A stretch of DNA of 64,000 bases from Paragordius varius. Lineage: Eukaryota; Animalia; Nematomorpha. A program made the translations under genes and the position numbers. Shown piece after piece: positions 37,976 to 51,204 of this stretch. Numbering within the stretch: position 1 is the first letter of the stretch; every line of letters begins with the position of its first letter. The notes beneath the pieces were generated by a model. It saw only the letters and a program-made list of their open reading frames with translations, was not told where the DNA came from and did no database searches. The stretch covers positions 2,108,001 through 2,172,000 of the forward strand of contig OZ176058.1 of the NCBI GenBank assembly GCA_964247055.1, in the 5' to 3' direction.

Positions 37976-40860
37976 CTAAAATATATATTAAAAATAAAAT
38001 TTAGATATTAATTTATATTGTAATTATTATATCAAAATTTGATACTAAATTATGCATGATTTTAACTTAAAGTTGTTTGGATGGTATAAAAGTATTTAAA
38101 AACTATTTAAAAAGATTTTGCGAAAATGTTCTTAAAAGAATATTCGGTGGTAAGAGGTTTATATAACATTTTTATAAATATTAAAGTAACGTCAAAAATC
38201 AATCACACAATGTAAAAATTCCATGAATTATGTTTAAAAACAATAAATACTTGATTTTTAATTATATGTAACCATTCATCTTTGTTTGGGGTTGAAAAAT
38301 AAAAATAGAAAAGTAAAATTGTAAGAAAATTAATTATATATTTAAAAATTGCCTTTATATAGTGCTAAGTTAGTATATCAAAGTATGGTTGTCTTTTTAT
38401 TTTTGCGTCCATAATTTTAATTTTTCACAAAAAAGTTAAATGACTAAAACCATTTTCATATTGATTTATAAATAATTTTATCCTAAAAGTACTATTAATC
38501 CTATATTTTCCAAAAATAACTTATTCATAATTATAAATTAATTTATAAATTAAAATCGATCAAGCAAATAAAAATTGGTAAATTTTTAAATTTTAAATAT
38601 ACAGTAAAAATTGATTATACGGACAAAACGTTAAAAATATAAAGACAAATATTTTTGCCAAAAAGACAACCATATTTTTTGAATCTTGATTTGATTAAAT
38701 ATAACTGATTGTTTTAAACCGCAAAATATAAAATAGAAATGTAAATTGGTAACACAATCAATAATATAGTTTACGATTAATATTATATATCAAAAATTAA
38801 AGTTATAAAAAGTATGGTTGGTTGTCTTTTGAAAAAAATAATTGTCTTTATATCTTATGTTTTGTCAGTATTATTTCAGTTTTTACTGTAATTTACAAAT
38901 TTAATAATTAAAATCAAGAACAATTAAAATCAATCAAGAAAATAATTTTTTTGATAGAAAATTTTAAGTTTATATATATATACCCCATTCGTTCGGTTCT
39001 TGGCGTGTTTTTGAAGAATTGCTATCAGCTGATTTTTTAGCTTCCTGCTCCTTTTTGCGTTCGGCAAAATCAAAAATATCATCATATGTTATTGGGCCAT
39101 TTTTAATATTTTTTTCTTGTTTCTGAGTACCCAAAATTGTTTCGTACAACCTATTTTGAAAATAAAAAGAAAATTATATCAGCTGTTTTCAGTTACAATA
39201 AAAATATAAAGACAAATATTTTTTTCTAAAAGTCAACAACCCCATACTTTTTTAAATGTCTTAATATTTTCAAATATATAACTTTTTATTTTAAACTGCA
39301 AAGTTAATAAAATAGAAATGTACATTGGTAACACAATAAATTATGTATATTTATATAATATTTGGGATAAATATAGGTTTTAAGTAGGATTTTTTTTAAA
39401 AAACTTATATTTTTACGTTGTTTGTCCGTATAATTTCAATTTTTACTGTAATAATAATTTTTGTAAATAAAGAAATTAAAATTAAAATTAAATAAAGGAA
39501 AAATGTTAAATATAATAAGTTTAGTTAAATATGGAGCAGAAAATAAAATAGGACTAATTAAATTGATAAAATACTTATTTTTTTCCAAAAAATCTAAAAA
39601 ACAATTTTTTTTAAATATACATGTAATTTATTTTGCAATGGCATGTGATTTCAATCTCAATTAAATTTTAATTAAATAAAAAAAAGATTGTTAAAATATT
39701 GTTTTTATAGTTAAAAACATATATTAAACTACATAATTTTTTTTCAAAAACTGCTAAAATTATACGGGTACAAAACGTAAACATATATGGACAAATTATA
39801 TATTTTTATTCTTTAAAAGACAACCCAACCATACACTTTTAAAATCTTATTTAATTTTTTTTAAAATATAAATTATGAGTAAGTATATATTGCTGGAAAG
39901 TTTTGAATTATTGCCAAATATTATATTAGGAAAGAGAATTATTATTAAATAATAATAGTAAAAAGTTAAAAAAATAACTATAAGCCAATAATACTGCCCC
40001 CTTTGTAGTTTATGTAAGCTATTTGATAATAATTAATAACTTTTTAGCAATATATACTTACCCATACTGTAAATTATGGTATGTAATATTTAGAGTATAT
40101 AAACATATATATATCGGAAACACAATTACTATATATATATATATTTTACAATTAAGTTTGAGAATATATCAAGGTTTTTTTTAAAAAGAGTATGGTTGTC
40201 TTTTATAAAAAAAACTGTCCTTATATTTTTCAGTTTTTTGTCCGTATAATTTCAAATTTTACTGTTAAAATCTTTGCTAAAAATAAATTCATAAAAAAAC
40301 TGAAAAATAGATTTTAATTTATTATATTAATACAATATAATTTAAACCATACAAAATTTTGTTTGTTTATACAAATATAATCTTTTAAATATGAAAACAT
40401 ATGTTGTTTCAAAAACTTTGGTTTTTAAATCTAAATTTCTGAAAATTTTCTAAAAATCTTGAAAAACTTTTCAAAAAAAACCTTTTTGGTTAAAAGTGCT
40501 CTTACAAACGCGTTACATAAAAAGTAAAAAAAAAACTTTAAAGACCAGAAATATCCAACATTTAATTTTTAAAAACACATTACATTTCTAAAAACTCTCC
40601 TAAAAACTTTAAAAAAAACTCAAAAACTTTTATAAAAAAGTTGTTTAAAAAAGTTACTTAAAATAAGATTTTTGCGTTTGCGCCCTTAAACAATATGAAT
40701 CTGAACAGGCCGGATTGGGTAACAGAATTGAACGTGGAAAATAATCTTGAAGGGCGTTATAACCGAGATAAGCACTAACTTTTCCAAAACTCAAAAGACG
40801 TCTATAATATTGTTAAAAAAAAATTAATATTTTTTGGAAAACAAAAGAACATATTTTTAG

Positions 40861-40897
<37 letters not shown>

Positions 40898-41039
40898 TTT
40901 TAAAGTTAGAAAATATAATCAAAAATTTAGTATTTAAATAATCTTGAAGAGCGTTATAACCGAGATAAGCACTAACTTTTCCAAAACCCAAAAGACGTCT
41001 AAAATTTTGTTTAAGAAAACATTTTTTGAAATTTTTTTG

Positions 41040-41105
<66 letters not shown>

Positions 41106-42110
41106 AATTTATCTAAAAACTAGAAAATATAATCAAAATTTTATATTTTTTATTTATTTTTTTAGTAATTAAATAATCTTGAAGGGCGTTATAACCGAGA
41201 TAAGCACTAACCTTTCCAAAACTCAAAAGACGCCTATAATTTTGTTTGAGAAAAATATTGTTTAAAATAAATTAAAATATTTTTTAGAAAATATATATAT
41301 ATATATATATATATAATTAATTTATTTAAAAATTAGAAAATATAATCAAAAATTTAGTATTTAAGTAATCTTAAACCCAAAAGACGTCTATAATAATATA
41401 AAAGGTTTTTTCGGAATATATATATATATATATATATTAAATTTATTCAAAAATTAGAAAATATAATCAAAAATTTAGTATTTTAATAATCTTGAAGGGC
41501 GTTATAACCGAGATAAGCACTAACCTTTCCAAAACTCAAAAGACGCCTAAAATTTTGTTTAAAAAAATATTTTTTTGAAATTTTTTTGGAAATAAATATT
41601 TTTTGGAATATATATATATATATATATATTATTAATTTATTTAAAAATTAGAAAATATAATCAAAAATTTAGTATTTAAGTAATCTTAAACCCAAAAGAC
41701 GTCTATAATTTTGTTTGAGAAAAGAAAATTTTAGAAATAATATACAAGGTTTTTTTGGAAAATATATATACATATATATATATATAATTAATTTATTTAA
41801 AAATTAAAAAAATAATCAAAAATTCAGTATTTAAGTAATCTTAAACCCAAAAGACGTTTAAAATTTTGTTAAAAAAAATAAATTTTTTTGGAAATAAATA
41901 TTTAAAAAAAATTAAATTTATATATATATATATATAATTAATTTATTTAAATTTGACAATATAATTTATATATTTTTTAGTATTTAAATAATTTTGAAGG
42001 GCGTTATAACCGAGATAAGCACTAACTTTTCCAAAACCCAAAAGACGTCTATATCTTTGAAAAGAAATATATTTTTTCAAAATAAATTAAAAAAATTTAA
42101 TATTTTTTGG

Positions 42111-42150
<40 letters not shown>

Positions 42151-45100
42151 TACCATTTACAGTTTAAATTAACCCTTGAACAATTGAAATTCACCCTTGA
42201 ACAAGTTCAATTCCTAAAAAAACATATATTTTAAATGAGGGTGAATTCGAATTGTTCAAGGGTGAATTTGAATTGTTTAAGGGGTTTTTTTGTAAAATAT
42301 ATATATATTAAATCTATTTAAAAATTAAAAAATATAATCAAAAATTTATATATTTTTCGGTATAATATAATCTTGAAGGGTATTATAATCGAGATAAGCA
42401 CTAACCTTTCCAAAACTCAAAAAGCGTCCGTCTATTAAAAATTTTTGCCTATTTTTTAAAAATTGTAAGAATATCTTAAAGTTTTTTTATATTTAACTTT
42501 TAATTTTTTTAAAACTAAAAAATGTCCAACTTTAAACTGAACCAAAAATTTATCAAATATAGCAAAAAATACTTTAATGAATATAAACCGAAAAATTCTC
42601 TAAAAATCTTGAAAAATATTTTGTAAAAACCTTGAAAAATGTCATTTTTCGCCATTTTTTTTCAAAATATTTTAAATTTTTTAATAAATCATTCAAAATA
42701 TTCATTTGTTTTAAACTTTTTCAAAAAATTTAACTTTTAATTTTTCTAAAACTAAAAAAAAATTTTCAAACTTTAAACATTTTTAAACCGCAATGATAGC
42801 CAATTACTTTTAAAACCATTCTTTTCAAGATGTAACATAAAAAACCCGTAAAATTTCTAAAAAAAATTTTAAAAAAACCCAAAAATCTAAATTTATTCCC
42901 TAATTTCTAAGAAAAAAAACTTAGATTCTTTTTAAAACTAATAAAATGAATGTCAAACTTTAAACAATTTTGAACAAAAAGTCCAGCTATGATAGCCATG
43001 GTCATGAGTAATCTTAAAAACATTCATTTTTCGCCATTTTTAAACTATTTTAACAATTTTTATATCAATTTTAAAGTAATTAAACAATTTTTTCTTAATT
43101 TTAAATATTTAAAATGCTTGTAAAACTTAAAAAATCTCAAACTTTAAACAATTTTGAACTAAAAGTCCAGCTATGATAGCCATGGTCGTGGGTAAACTGG
43201 CTGCACAAACGCCTTCACGTTTCAAAGTTTTTTCATCAATCTTTTCAGCTATCAAATAAGGTGGAATGCACTAAAAAAAAATTTTTAGATTTTTTAAAAA
43301 TATTAAATTTTATAAAAAAAATAAATTTATTAAAATTTATATATATATATATATATATATAATAAATTATAAAATGTTTTTTTATAAACTACATATAAAT
43401 AATTTTGAATGTAATTTTATTTTGTTTTAAATTTTCGGTTAAATTTTTTAATTTTTCTAATTCTATATATATATATATATATCAATATAAAGTTCGATAT
43501 AAATATTTTTTTACAAAAAATAAAGTATGTTTTTAAAACTACATTTTTAAATTAAATTTAATTAACCTTTTTTCATCAATTTTATATATAGATTGATTAC
43601 ATAAATATTTTTACAAAAAAAATAGAATGTTTTTTTATAAACTATATAAATAATTATAAATTAAATTTTTTTAGTTTCAAAGTTTTTTTTATCAATCTTT
43701 TCGGCCACTAAGTAGGGTGGAATGCACTAAAAAATAATTTTTTTTAGATTTATAATTTACAAAAAAAATTAAAATATTTATAAATTTAAAAAAAATATTT
43801 AATTTTATTGATTTTAAAATATATAAAAAAATAAATATTTTTTACAAATAAAAATAATTATAAATTTTCTAATTTTTTTCATAATTTTCGGATTTTAATT
43901 TTTTAAAATTTTAATATATTATTGAAAAAAAATTAATGAAATATTTATAAAAAATATAAATATTAATATATATATATATATATATATATAAATATAGATT
44001 GATTACATAAATATTTTTTTCTTACAAAAAATAATAAAATGTTTTTTCATCAATATTTTCAGCTACCAAGTAGGGTGGAATGCACTAAAAAATAATTTTT
44101 TTAAATAATTTTTTTAAAGTAATTTTATAAAAAATATTAAATTTTTTAAAAATATTATAATATTAAATATAAATTTTATTAAAATAAATATATTTTAATA
44201 CAAAAAAAATTAATATTAAATTGCTTTAAAGTTTTTTCCTCAATCTTTTTAGCTACTAAATAAGGTGGAATGCACTAAAAAATAAAAAATATTTTACAAA
44301 AAAAATAATTAAAAAATGTTTTTATAAACTATATTCAAATAAAATTTATTTGTTTTAAATTTTATTCATCAATTTTTTTGAAATTATAAAAAAAAATTTT
44401 TTTAAATTGAAAATTTTATTGAAAAATATTAAATTTTATTTTATTATAAATATATAAATATATATATGTATACATATTATAAAGATTGATCAAATAATTT
44501 TAATTCAATATTTTTTGTTTTAAGTTTTTTCATCAATCTTTTCAGCTACCAGGTAAGGTGGAATGCACTAAAAAATAAAAAATTTTAAAAAAAATTTTTT
44601 TAAAATTAAATATTTATAAAAAATATTAAATTTTATAAAAAATTAATATAAATTTAGAAAAATATTAAATTTTATTAAAAATATAAAAATTAAAGAATAC
44701 ATCCAAATTTTAAATTAAATTTGATTTAACTTTTTTCATCAATTTTTCTCGTATAAAAAATAAATAATTTTTTTAATTAAATTTTTTTAAATTTATTAAA
44801 AATATTAAATTTTATAAAAAATATCTAAATATATATATATATATATATAGATTGATAAAATATATTTTTTTTACAAACAAAAAAAATTAAGTATATCTTT
44901 TTAAACAACATGCAAAATATTTTAAATTAAATTTAATTAACCTTTTTCCATTAATTTTTTATATACATTGATTACATAAATATTTTTTTTACAAAAATAT
45001 AATATTTAAAGAACGTTTTTTAAATCAATTTTTTATCAATCTTTTCGATTACTAAGTAGGGTGGAATGCACTAAAAAATAAATTATAATGATAAATTTTT

Positions 45101-45814
45101 TAAAATTTTTTATTAATTTATTTTATAAATTTATTATTATTAAAAATATATTATTATTATATAAATATTATACATATAGATTGATAAAAAATATTAAATT
45201 TTATAAAAAATATAAAAATTAAAGAATACATTCAAATTTTAAATTAAATTTGATTTAACTTTTTTCATCAATTTTTCTCTGATAAATATATAATTTTTTT
45301 AATTAAATTTTAAATTTTTTTAAATTTATTAATAATATAAAAAATATGTAAATATATATATATAGATTGCTAAAATAAATATATATTTTTTACAAAAAAA
45401 TTATAATTTTTTAATAAACTACATTCAAAATATTTTAAATTAAATTTAATATCACTTTTTTCATCAATTTTATATATAGATTGATAAAAAAAATATTTTT
45501 TTTGACAAAAAATAATTAAAAATTTATGTTTGTTTAATAAACTATTCATCAAATTATAAATTTAAGTTTTTTTCGTTTTAAATTTTTTGCATCAATCTTT
45601 TCAGCTACCAAGTAAGGTGGAATGCACTAAAAAATAAATTATAAAATTTTTTTTTTAAAATTATTTTTTATAAATTAATATTGAATTTAAAATATATTAT
45701 AAAAATAATAAAATTTTGTAGATATAATAGATTAATAAAATAGTGATATGCACAATTTTTTGTTAATATTAAAAAAAATAAATTTAAAAATTTGTTAATT
45801 ATTTTTAATTTTAC

Positions 45815-45845
<31 letters not shown>

Positions 45846-47127
45846 GATTTTTTAAATTATTTTAGAAAATTAATTTTTAGACATTTCTAAAAAATTTAAA
45901 TATTAAAAAATTGGAATTTATAAAAAAAATAATATATAATTTTAAAGTTTTTTTTCCATCAATTTTTTTCAAAAAAAACTAAGAGTAAGGGGGAATAAAA
46001 AATATTATTTAAATTATTTAAAATAAAAAATATTATTTTAATATAATTTTATAATTTTTTAAAAAAATTTAAAATTTATTAAAATAGTTATTAAATTTTC
46101 AAAATATAATTTTTATTAATATCATTTATTTTACGCCAAAAAATATTCCTTTATTTGTATTAATATTTAAAAATACACTAAAAAAATAATTTTTAACTTT
46201 AAAAATTGATATTTTATAATTAATTATTATAATGATAAATTAAACAAACTCTTTCATTATTTTTAAATATTATTTTTTTTATATTTTTTATTAAAATTAA
46301 TTTTTATTTTAAATTAAACAATTTTTTTTAATAATTTTTCCTTATTTTTTTTATTTTTATTTTTTAAACTAAAACATTAATATCAAATAAAATATTAATA
46401 AAATTTATTTTTTTTTCAAATTTTATGATTAATTATTATTAATCTATTTATATGAACATATTTTCTTTTTAAATTAAACATTGTTTTTCCTTTTTATAAA
46501 CTTTTTTTATTTCTTTTTTTAACAATTTTTTTATTTTTAAAACTTTAAATCAAATAAATTTTATAAATATTTTTTAAATTTTTTAATTAATTATTTAATT
46601 AACCATATTTTTTTATTTTTTTAATTAAATATTCTTTTTTTATATTTAAATTAATTTTTATATTTTTTTTATTTTTAAATTAAATATTTTTTATAAACTT
46701 AAATTAATCAAATATTTTACAGCAAAACAAGCAGTTAACCCAGGGACCATATGTTGAATGTGACCAGAGATGGCGTTTTCGCTAACACCTGACTCCATCC
46801 ATTCTATATTAAGTTCATTGCAAATCTAAAAAAATTTAAAAAAATATTTACAAATAAAAAAATTAAAATAAAAATTTAAAAAAATATAAAAAATTTAAAA
46901 ATTCAAAAGAAAATGAAAAAAAAATTAAAATTTTTTTTTGAAAGATATAAAAAAACTTAAAAAAACAAAAAAAAATCAAGAAATTTAAAAAAACAAAAAA
47001 AATCAAGTTATATTAGAAATTATTTTAAATACTACTAATTAAACTCTGAGTTTAATTATCATCTAAAATATCTTAAAAAATCAAAAAAAATTAAGAAAAA
47101 TATGAAATATTTAAATTTAATTAATGA

Positions 47128-47173
<46 letters not shown>

Positions 47174-47653
47174 TTTTAATATTTAAGAATAAAATATATA
47201 ATTTTAAAAAAATTGGTAAAATATTAAATAAATTAATAAACTATTTTAATTTCGTATTAAAAAAAATTAAAAACTTTTTAATATTAACATTCTTTAAATA
47301 AATATATTTTTATAATAAATATTTTTATTTTTTGATTATAACATATTTTTCTATTTTTTTAAAAAATAAATAATTTTCATAATATTTTCCTAATTCCAAT
47401 TTTTTAAAAAAATTAAATAATTTTCCACTCGCGTACTGCATTTATCGTCATTCTGGCCTCATAATTATCGACACAACTAAGGATAAGAGATGGGCATTGT
47501 TCTTTAATTATGGACAGAAATCGTGTAAAATTATACGCTGTTGTAATATTGAAATCATATGTTTCTATTTCAACATCTGGATTAATTGATCTAAAAATAT
47601 AAATATTATAAAAAAATAATTAAAATATAATTTTTTAAATAATAAATTACATT

Positions 47654-47694
<41 letters not shown>

Positions 47695-50600
47695 ATATGA
47701 ATTTAATTAAATAAATTTCAAAATTAAATAAAAATAAAAAATTTAAGCGTATTTTTAGAAGCTAGAAAATTTTCTTTTATTTTTTTTAAATGAAGTATTT
47801 TTTAAAATATATATTATTTTTATCATTTTAAAATTAAACAATATTTCTAAATATAAATTTATTAGAATAAATAATAATAAAAAACTTAGAGTACATTCAT
47901 TAAAGAATATTTTTTTATTTTTTTTAAAAAATGTTATTATTTTATATAATTAAACAATATTTCTACCTATAAATTTATTAAATTAAATTTTAAAAATAAA
48001 TTTAAAAAAAAAAATTAAATAAAATAAAAAATTTAAGCGTATTTTTAGCAACTTGCACTTTAAAAATAATTTTATTAAAAAATATATTTTTTTATTTTTT
48101 TTAAGTAAAAAAAATTTATTTTGTAAATGAAGTTATTTTGAATTTTTTTAAATTCATAAAAATATTTATTAAAAAATAAAATTATTATATATTATTATAT
48201 AATTTATTATTATTATTTTCCTACATATAGATTTAATATGAATAAATTTTAATAAAATTATTTAATAAAATAAAAAACTTAAGCGTATTTTTAGCAGCAA
48301 AAAATTTTTTTTTTATTTTTTTAAAAATGAAATATTTTTTTAAAAAATAATTATTTTATATTATTTTAAAATAAACATTAATTTAAAATAATTTTTTTTT
48401 TTTATAAAAAAAATTATTTTTATTATTTTAAAATTAACATTTTACATAATTTCTAAAAAATATTTAATAAAATAAAAAAAACTTAAGCGTATATTCATAT
48501 TAATTTTTTTTATTTTTTTAATTAATACAAAATATATATATATATATATATATATTTAAAAATAAACAATATTTTTATAAAAAAATCAATTTAATTATAT
48601 TTTAAAATTAAATAAAATAAAAAACTACTTTAATGTATTTTTAGCAGCTTGCACTTTTGAGAGTCCGGCCTGATCAGGTGTGAAAAACAGACGATTCATA
48701 TTTGCCAATTCAACCCGGTCATAATCAAATAATATCAGCTAAAAATTCAAAAATAATAAAATTAATAAAATATTTATTTAGAAATATTTAAAATAAAATA
48801 TATATAATAATTTAAATATTTAAAAATTTTGTAAAAAAAATTAATAATGCTGGAAAAAATTAAAAAAAAATAATTTTTAATAGTATGTATAAATTTATAA
48901 AATATATTTTAAAATATTTATATGTATATTATTTTAAATAAAAAAAATATTAAATAAATATAAATAATTTCTGATAAAAAAATAAAAAAAAATTTAAATA
49001 TATTTAATTTAAATAAAAATCTAATAAAAATATATTTTTAAAATATGTATAAATCTAATATTTATAATAATTTAATTAATATATAAAAATATTGTAAAAA
49101 ATATATAATATCAGCTGTAGAAGTAAAATTCAAAAAAATAAAATTATTTATAATTTAATGTATAAATCTATAAAATATAATATTTAAATTGTATTTTATA
49201 ATATATAAAATGTAATTAAAAAAATTAAAAAAATTTGATTGGATATAGAAAATTTTTTAAAAAAATTAAAAATATTTCTTTAGAAAAAATTAAAAAAAAT
49301 TAATTAAAAATACAAATTTAATATAAATTTAAAAATTAATTCTTTAAAACAAAACTAAAAATTAAATTTTATTTTCAAAAAAAAAATTTTTTTTAAAAAT
49401 AAAATCAAAACCTTTCCAATTCCACTATAATATTTAAAAATTCAATCTAATTCAAAAAATTAAAAAAATAGAAATAAAAAAACATAAATTTAAAATAAAA
49501 CTAAATTATTCTATTAAACAAAATAAAAAATATTTAATTTTTCTTTCAAAAAAAAATTAAATTTTTTTTAAAAATAAAATCAAAACCTTTCCAATTCCAC
49601 ATCTGGTTAACATTTCGGCAGAAACACTTCCAATTCCCCCGACCCCAACTATAAGAACAGAATATTCTCGAATTTTCTAAAAAAAAATTAAATTTAAAAA
49701 TAATTTTGTTGAAAAATATATTTAAAATCAAAATTATTTAAAATTAAAAAAATAAAATTCTCGAATTTTCTAAAAAAAAATTAATTTTAAATAGAAATTT
49801 GTTGATATATAAAGACAATTAACTATTTTTTTCAAAATTTTTTAAAACTAAAAATATAAAATTCTCGAATTTATAAAAAATATTGAAAAAAAATATTAAA
49901 AATAAATTTTAAAATAAATTTTTTGAAATAAAAAGACAACTAACTAATATTTTTTCAAAAAATATCCTTTTTCGATTTACAATTAAAATTATATAGAATT
50001 AATATTTTTTTAAATTAAAATTTATAACTCTAAGAACGCACAATTCTCGAATTTTCTAAAAAATATTTTTTAAAATTAATTAAAATAAATTTGTTGATAT
50101 ATAAAGACAACTAACTAATAATTTTTTCAAAAGTACTTTTTTATTAATATATTTAAAATTAAAATTATTGAAATAAAATATAAAATTAATAGTAAAATTG
50201 AAATCATACCACAGATAAAATAAAAATATAAAAAATTATTTAAATTATAATAAAAATAATTTCAATTTCAATTTAAAATTAATATTAAAATCAATTTAAA
50301 AAAAAACTTTTAAATTTTTATACCGTTAAAGTTTTAATTTAAATTGAAATAATTTTTTATTGGGTATATACACAAAAATTATTTTTTTACAAAATATAAT
50401 ACATTTTAAATTCACACTTGAGAGCATTTCATATTTACCTTAAAACTTAAAAACTAGTGTTTTAATGGGCTAATTTAACTTAAAAATAATATACCATTTA
50501 CAATTAAAATTTACCCTTAAACAATTCAAATTCACCCTTGAACAATTCAAAATCACCCTTAAACAATTCAAAAAACCCTTGAACAATTCGAATTTCTTCT

Positions 50601-51204
50601 AGAACAATTCAATTTACCCTCGAATAAATTGTGTGTGTTTAGATAAAAATTACCTCTATTTTTTTATATATTCCTAAAAAATGAAAATTTGTTTAAAATT
50701 AATAAAATAGTGAAAAAAATAAACTATGTTGCCATAAAGATATATTTCATATTAACTATGAGTTATTTAAGCCGGAAAATTTTAATTTATTTTTAGGGTG
50801 ATTATTCAAGGGTGTATATTTGAATTGTTTAGTGCTTTTAAATGGTATAAAATATGATTCGCTAAAAATAATTTATTATTTTTTGTATATTATGGAAATT
50901 GTAATTTAAATAATTTTTTTATAAGTATATAAAAATATATGGGTATTTTTTATTTAAACATTTATATTTATGGCAAATATGAAGTGTTCATAGGGGGATT
51001 TTACATGCTTATAAATAAAATCTTTTAAGATAAAGGCGTAAATTATATATATATATATATATATTGCATATTTGAAAATTTAATTTTATATTACCTCATA
51101 ATTATCTACTATACCCATTTTCTTTAATGCCATTAACCGACTAAAAAATATTAGTTTATGATATGAAACCTGTATGGATTTGAATCTTTGACTTCTGAAT
51201 CCAT
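37788..51204 (-). CDS. UBA5: Ubiquitin-like modifier-activating enzyme 5 (UFM1 E1), at least 10 exons (51170-51204, 51095-51140, 49587-49676, 48629-48738, 47437-47590, 46721-46825, 43143-43270, 40658-40801, 38984-39150, 37788-37975), 388 aa from the ATG at 51204
   Basis: Spliced with GT-AG introns and consistent phases. Contains [21 protein letters not shown] (ATP binding), [36 protein letters not shown], catalytic [11 protein letters not shown], Zn-binding Cys (ACFA, CIPP, PAC, SYC), the NEWGITIL LIR/UFIM-like motif and C-terminal [11 protein letters not shown]. The start codon is uncertain. Confidence 0.95.
38984..39150 (-). CDS. UBA5: UBA5 exon (K-LYETILG...EPNEW-G)
   Basis: Acceptor aaatag|G, donor G|GTATAT; the join creates NEWGITIL. 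Confidence 0.88.
40658..40801 (-). CDS. UBA5: UBA5 exon ([23 protein letters not shown]...[10 protein letters not shown]...SYF-K)
   Basis: Acceptor ttatag|A, donor AA|GTAACT. Confidence 0.93.
40802..42430 (-). repeat. About eight echoes of the acceptor and 5' part of UBA5 exon 40658-40801, interspersed with (TA)n
   Basis: Long copies near 40938, 41172, 41485, 41988 and 42370; short copies near 41370, 41685 and 41845. Confidence 0.93.
41042..41102. repeat. (TA)n microsatellite (longest of many in the window)
   Basis: About 30 TA units; others near 1060, 23440, 31510, 40865, 47130 and 56665. Confidence 0.9.
42520..46000 (-). repeat. Echoes on both sides of the UBA5 catalytic exon (3 donor-side, 6-7 acceptor-side)
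   Basis: Acceptor side near 43675, 44043, 44227, 44522, 45030, 45588 (and degenerate 45950); donor side near 42955, 42770 and 42528. Confidence 0.92.
43143..43270 (-). CDS. UBA5: UBA5 catalytic exon ([43 protein letters not shown])
   Basis: Acceptor ttttag|TGC, donor AA|GTTTGA; catalytic Cys in VCAAS. The only copy of this segment that has both splice sites. Confidence 0.95.
46721..46825 (-). CDS. UBA5: UBA5 exon ([35 protein letters not shown])
   Basis: Acceptor tttag|ATT, donor GCT|GTAAAA. Confidence 0.95.
47437..47590 (-). CDS. UBA5: UBA5 exon (K-SINPDVE...[15 protein letters not shown])
   Basis: Acceptor ttttag|A, donor GCA|GTACGC. Confidence 0.94.
48629..48738 (-). CDS. UBA5: UBA5 exon ([19 protein letters not shown]...AAKNTL-K)
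   Basis: Acceptor ttttag|CTG, donor AA|GTAGTT. Confidence 0.95.
49587..49676 (-). CDS. UBA5: UBA5 exon ([30 protein letters not shown])
   Basis: Acceptor ttag|AAA, donor AAG|GTTTTG; GxGxxG motif. Confidence 0.95.
50490..50849. mobile_element. MITE family D copy in a UBA5 intron
   Basis: Same termini and subterminal repeats. Confidence 0.8.
51095..51140 (-). CDS. UBA5: UBA5 exon ([16 protein letters not shown])
   Basis: Acceptor ttttag|T, donor GAG|GTAATA. Confidence 0.93.
51170..51204 (-). CDS. UBA5: UBA5 first recognisable exon ([12 protein letters not shown])
   Basis: Matches the conserved MSSEVVDSNPYS segment; donor AG|GTTTCA. The true 5' boundary or start may lie upstream. Confidence 0.8.

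Noticed and set aside
40930-42430. Regularly spaced near-identical repeats resembling a CRISPR array
   Set aside because: Eukaryotic intron; the repeats are copies of a UBA5 exon edge, the spacers are themselves homologous, and there are no cas genes.
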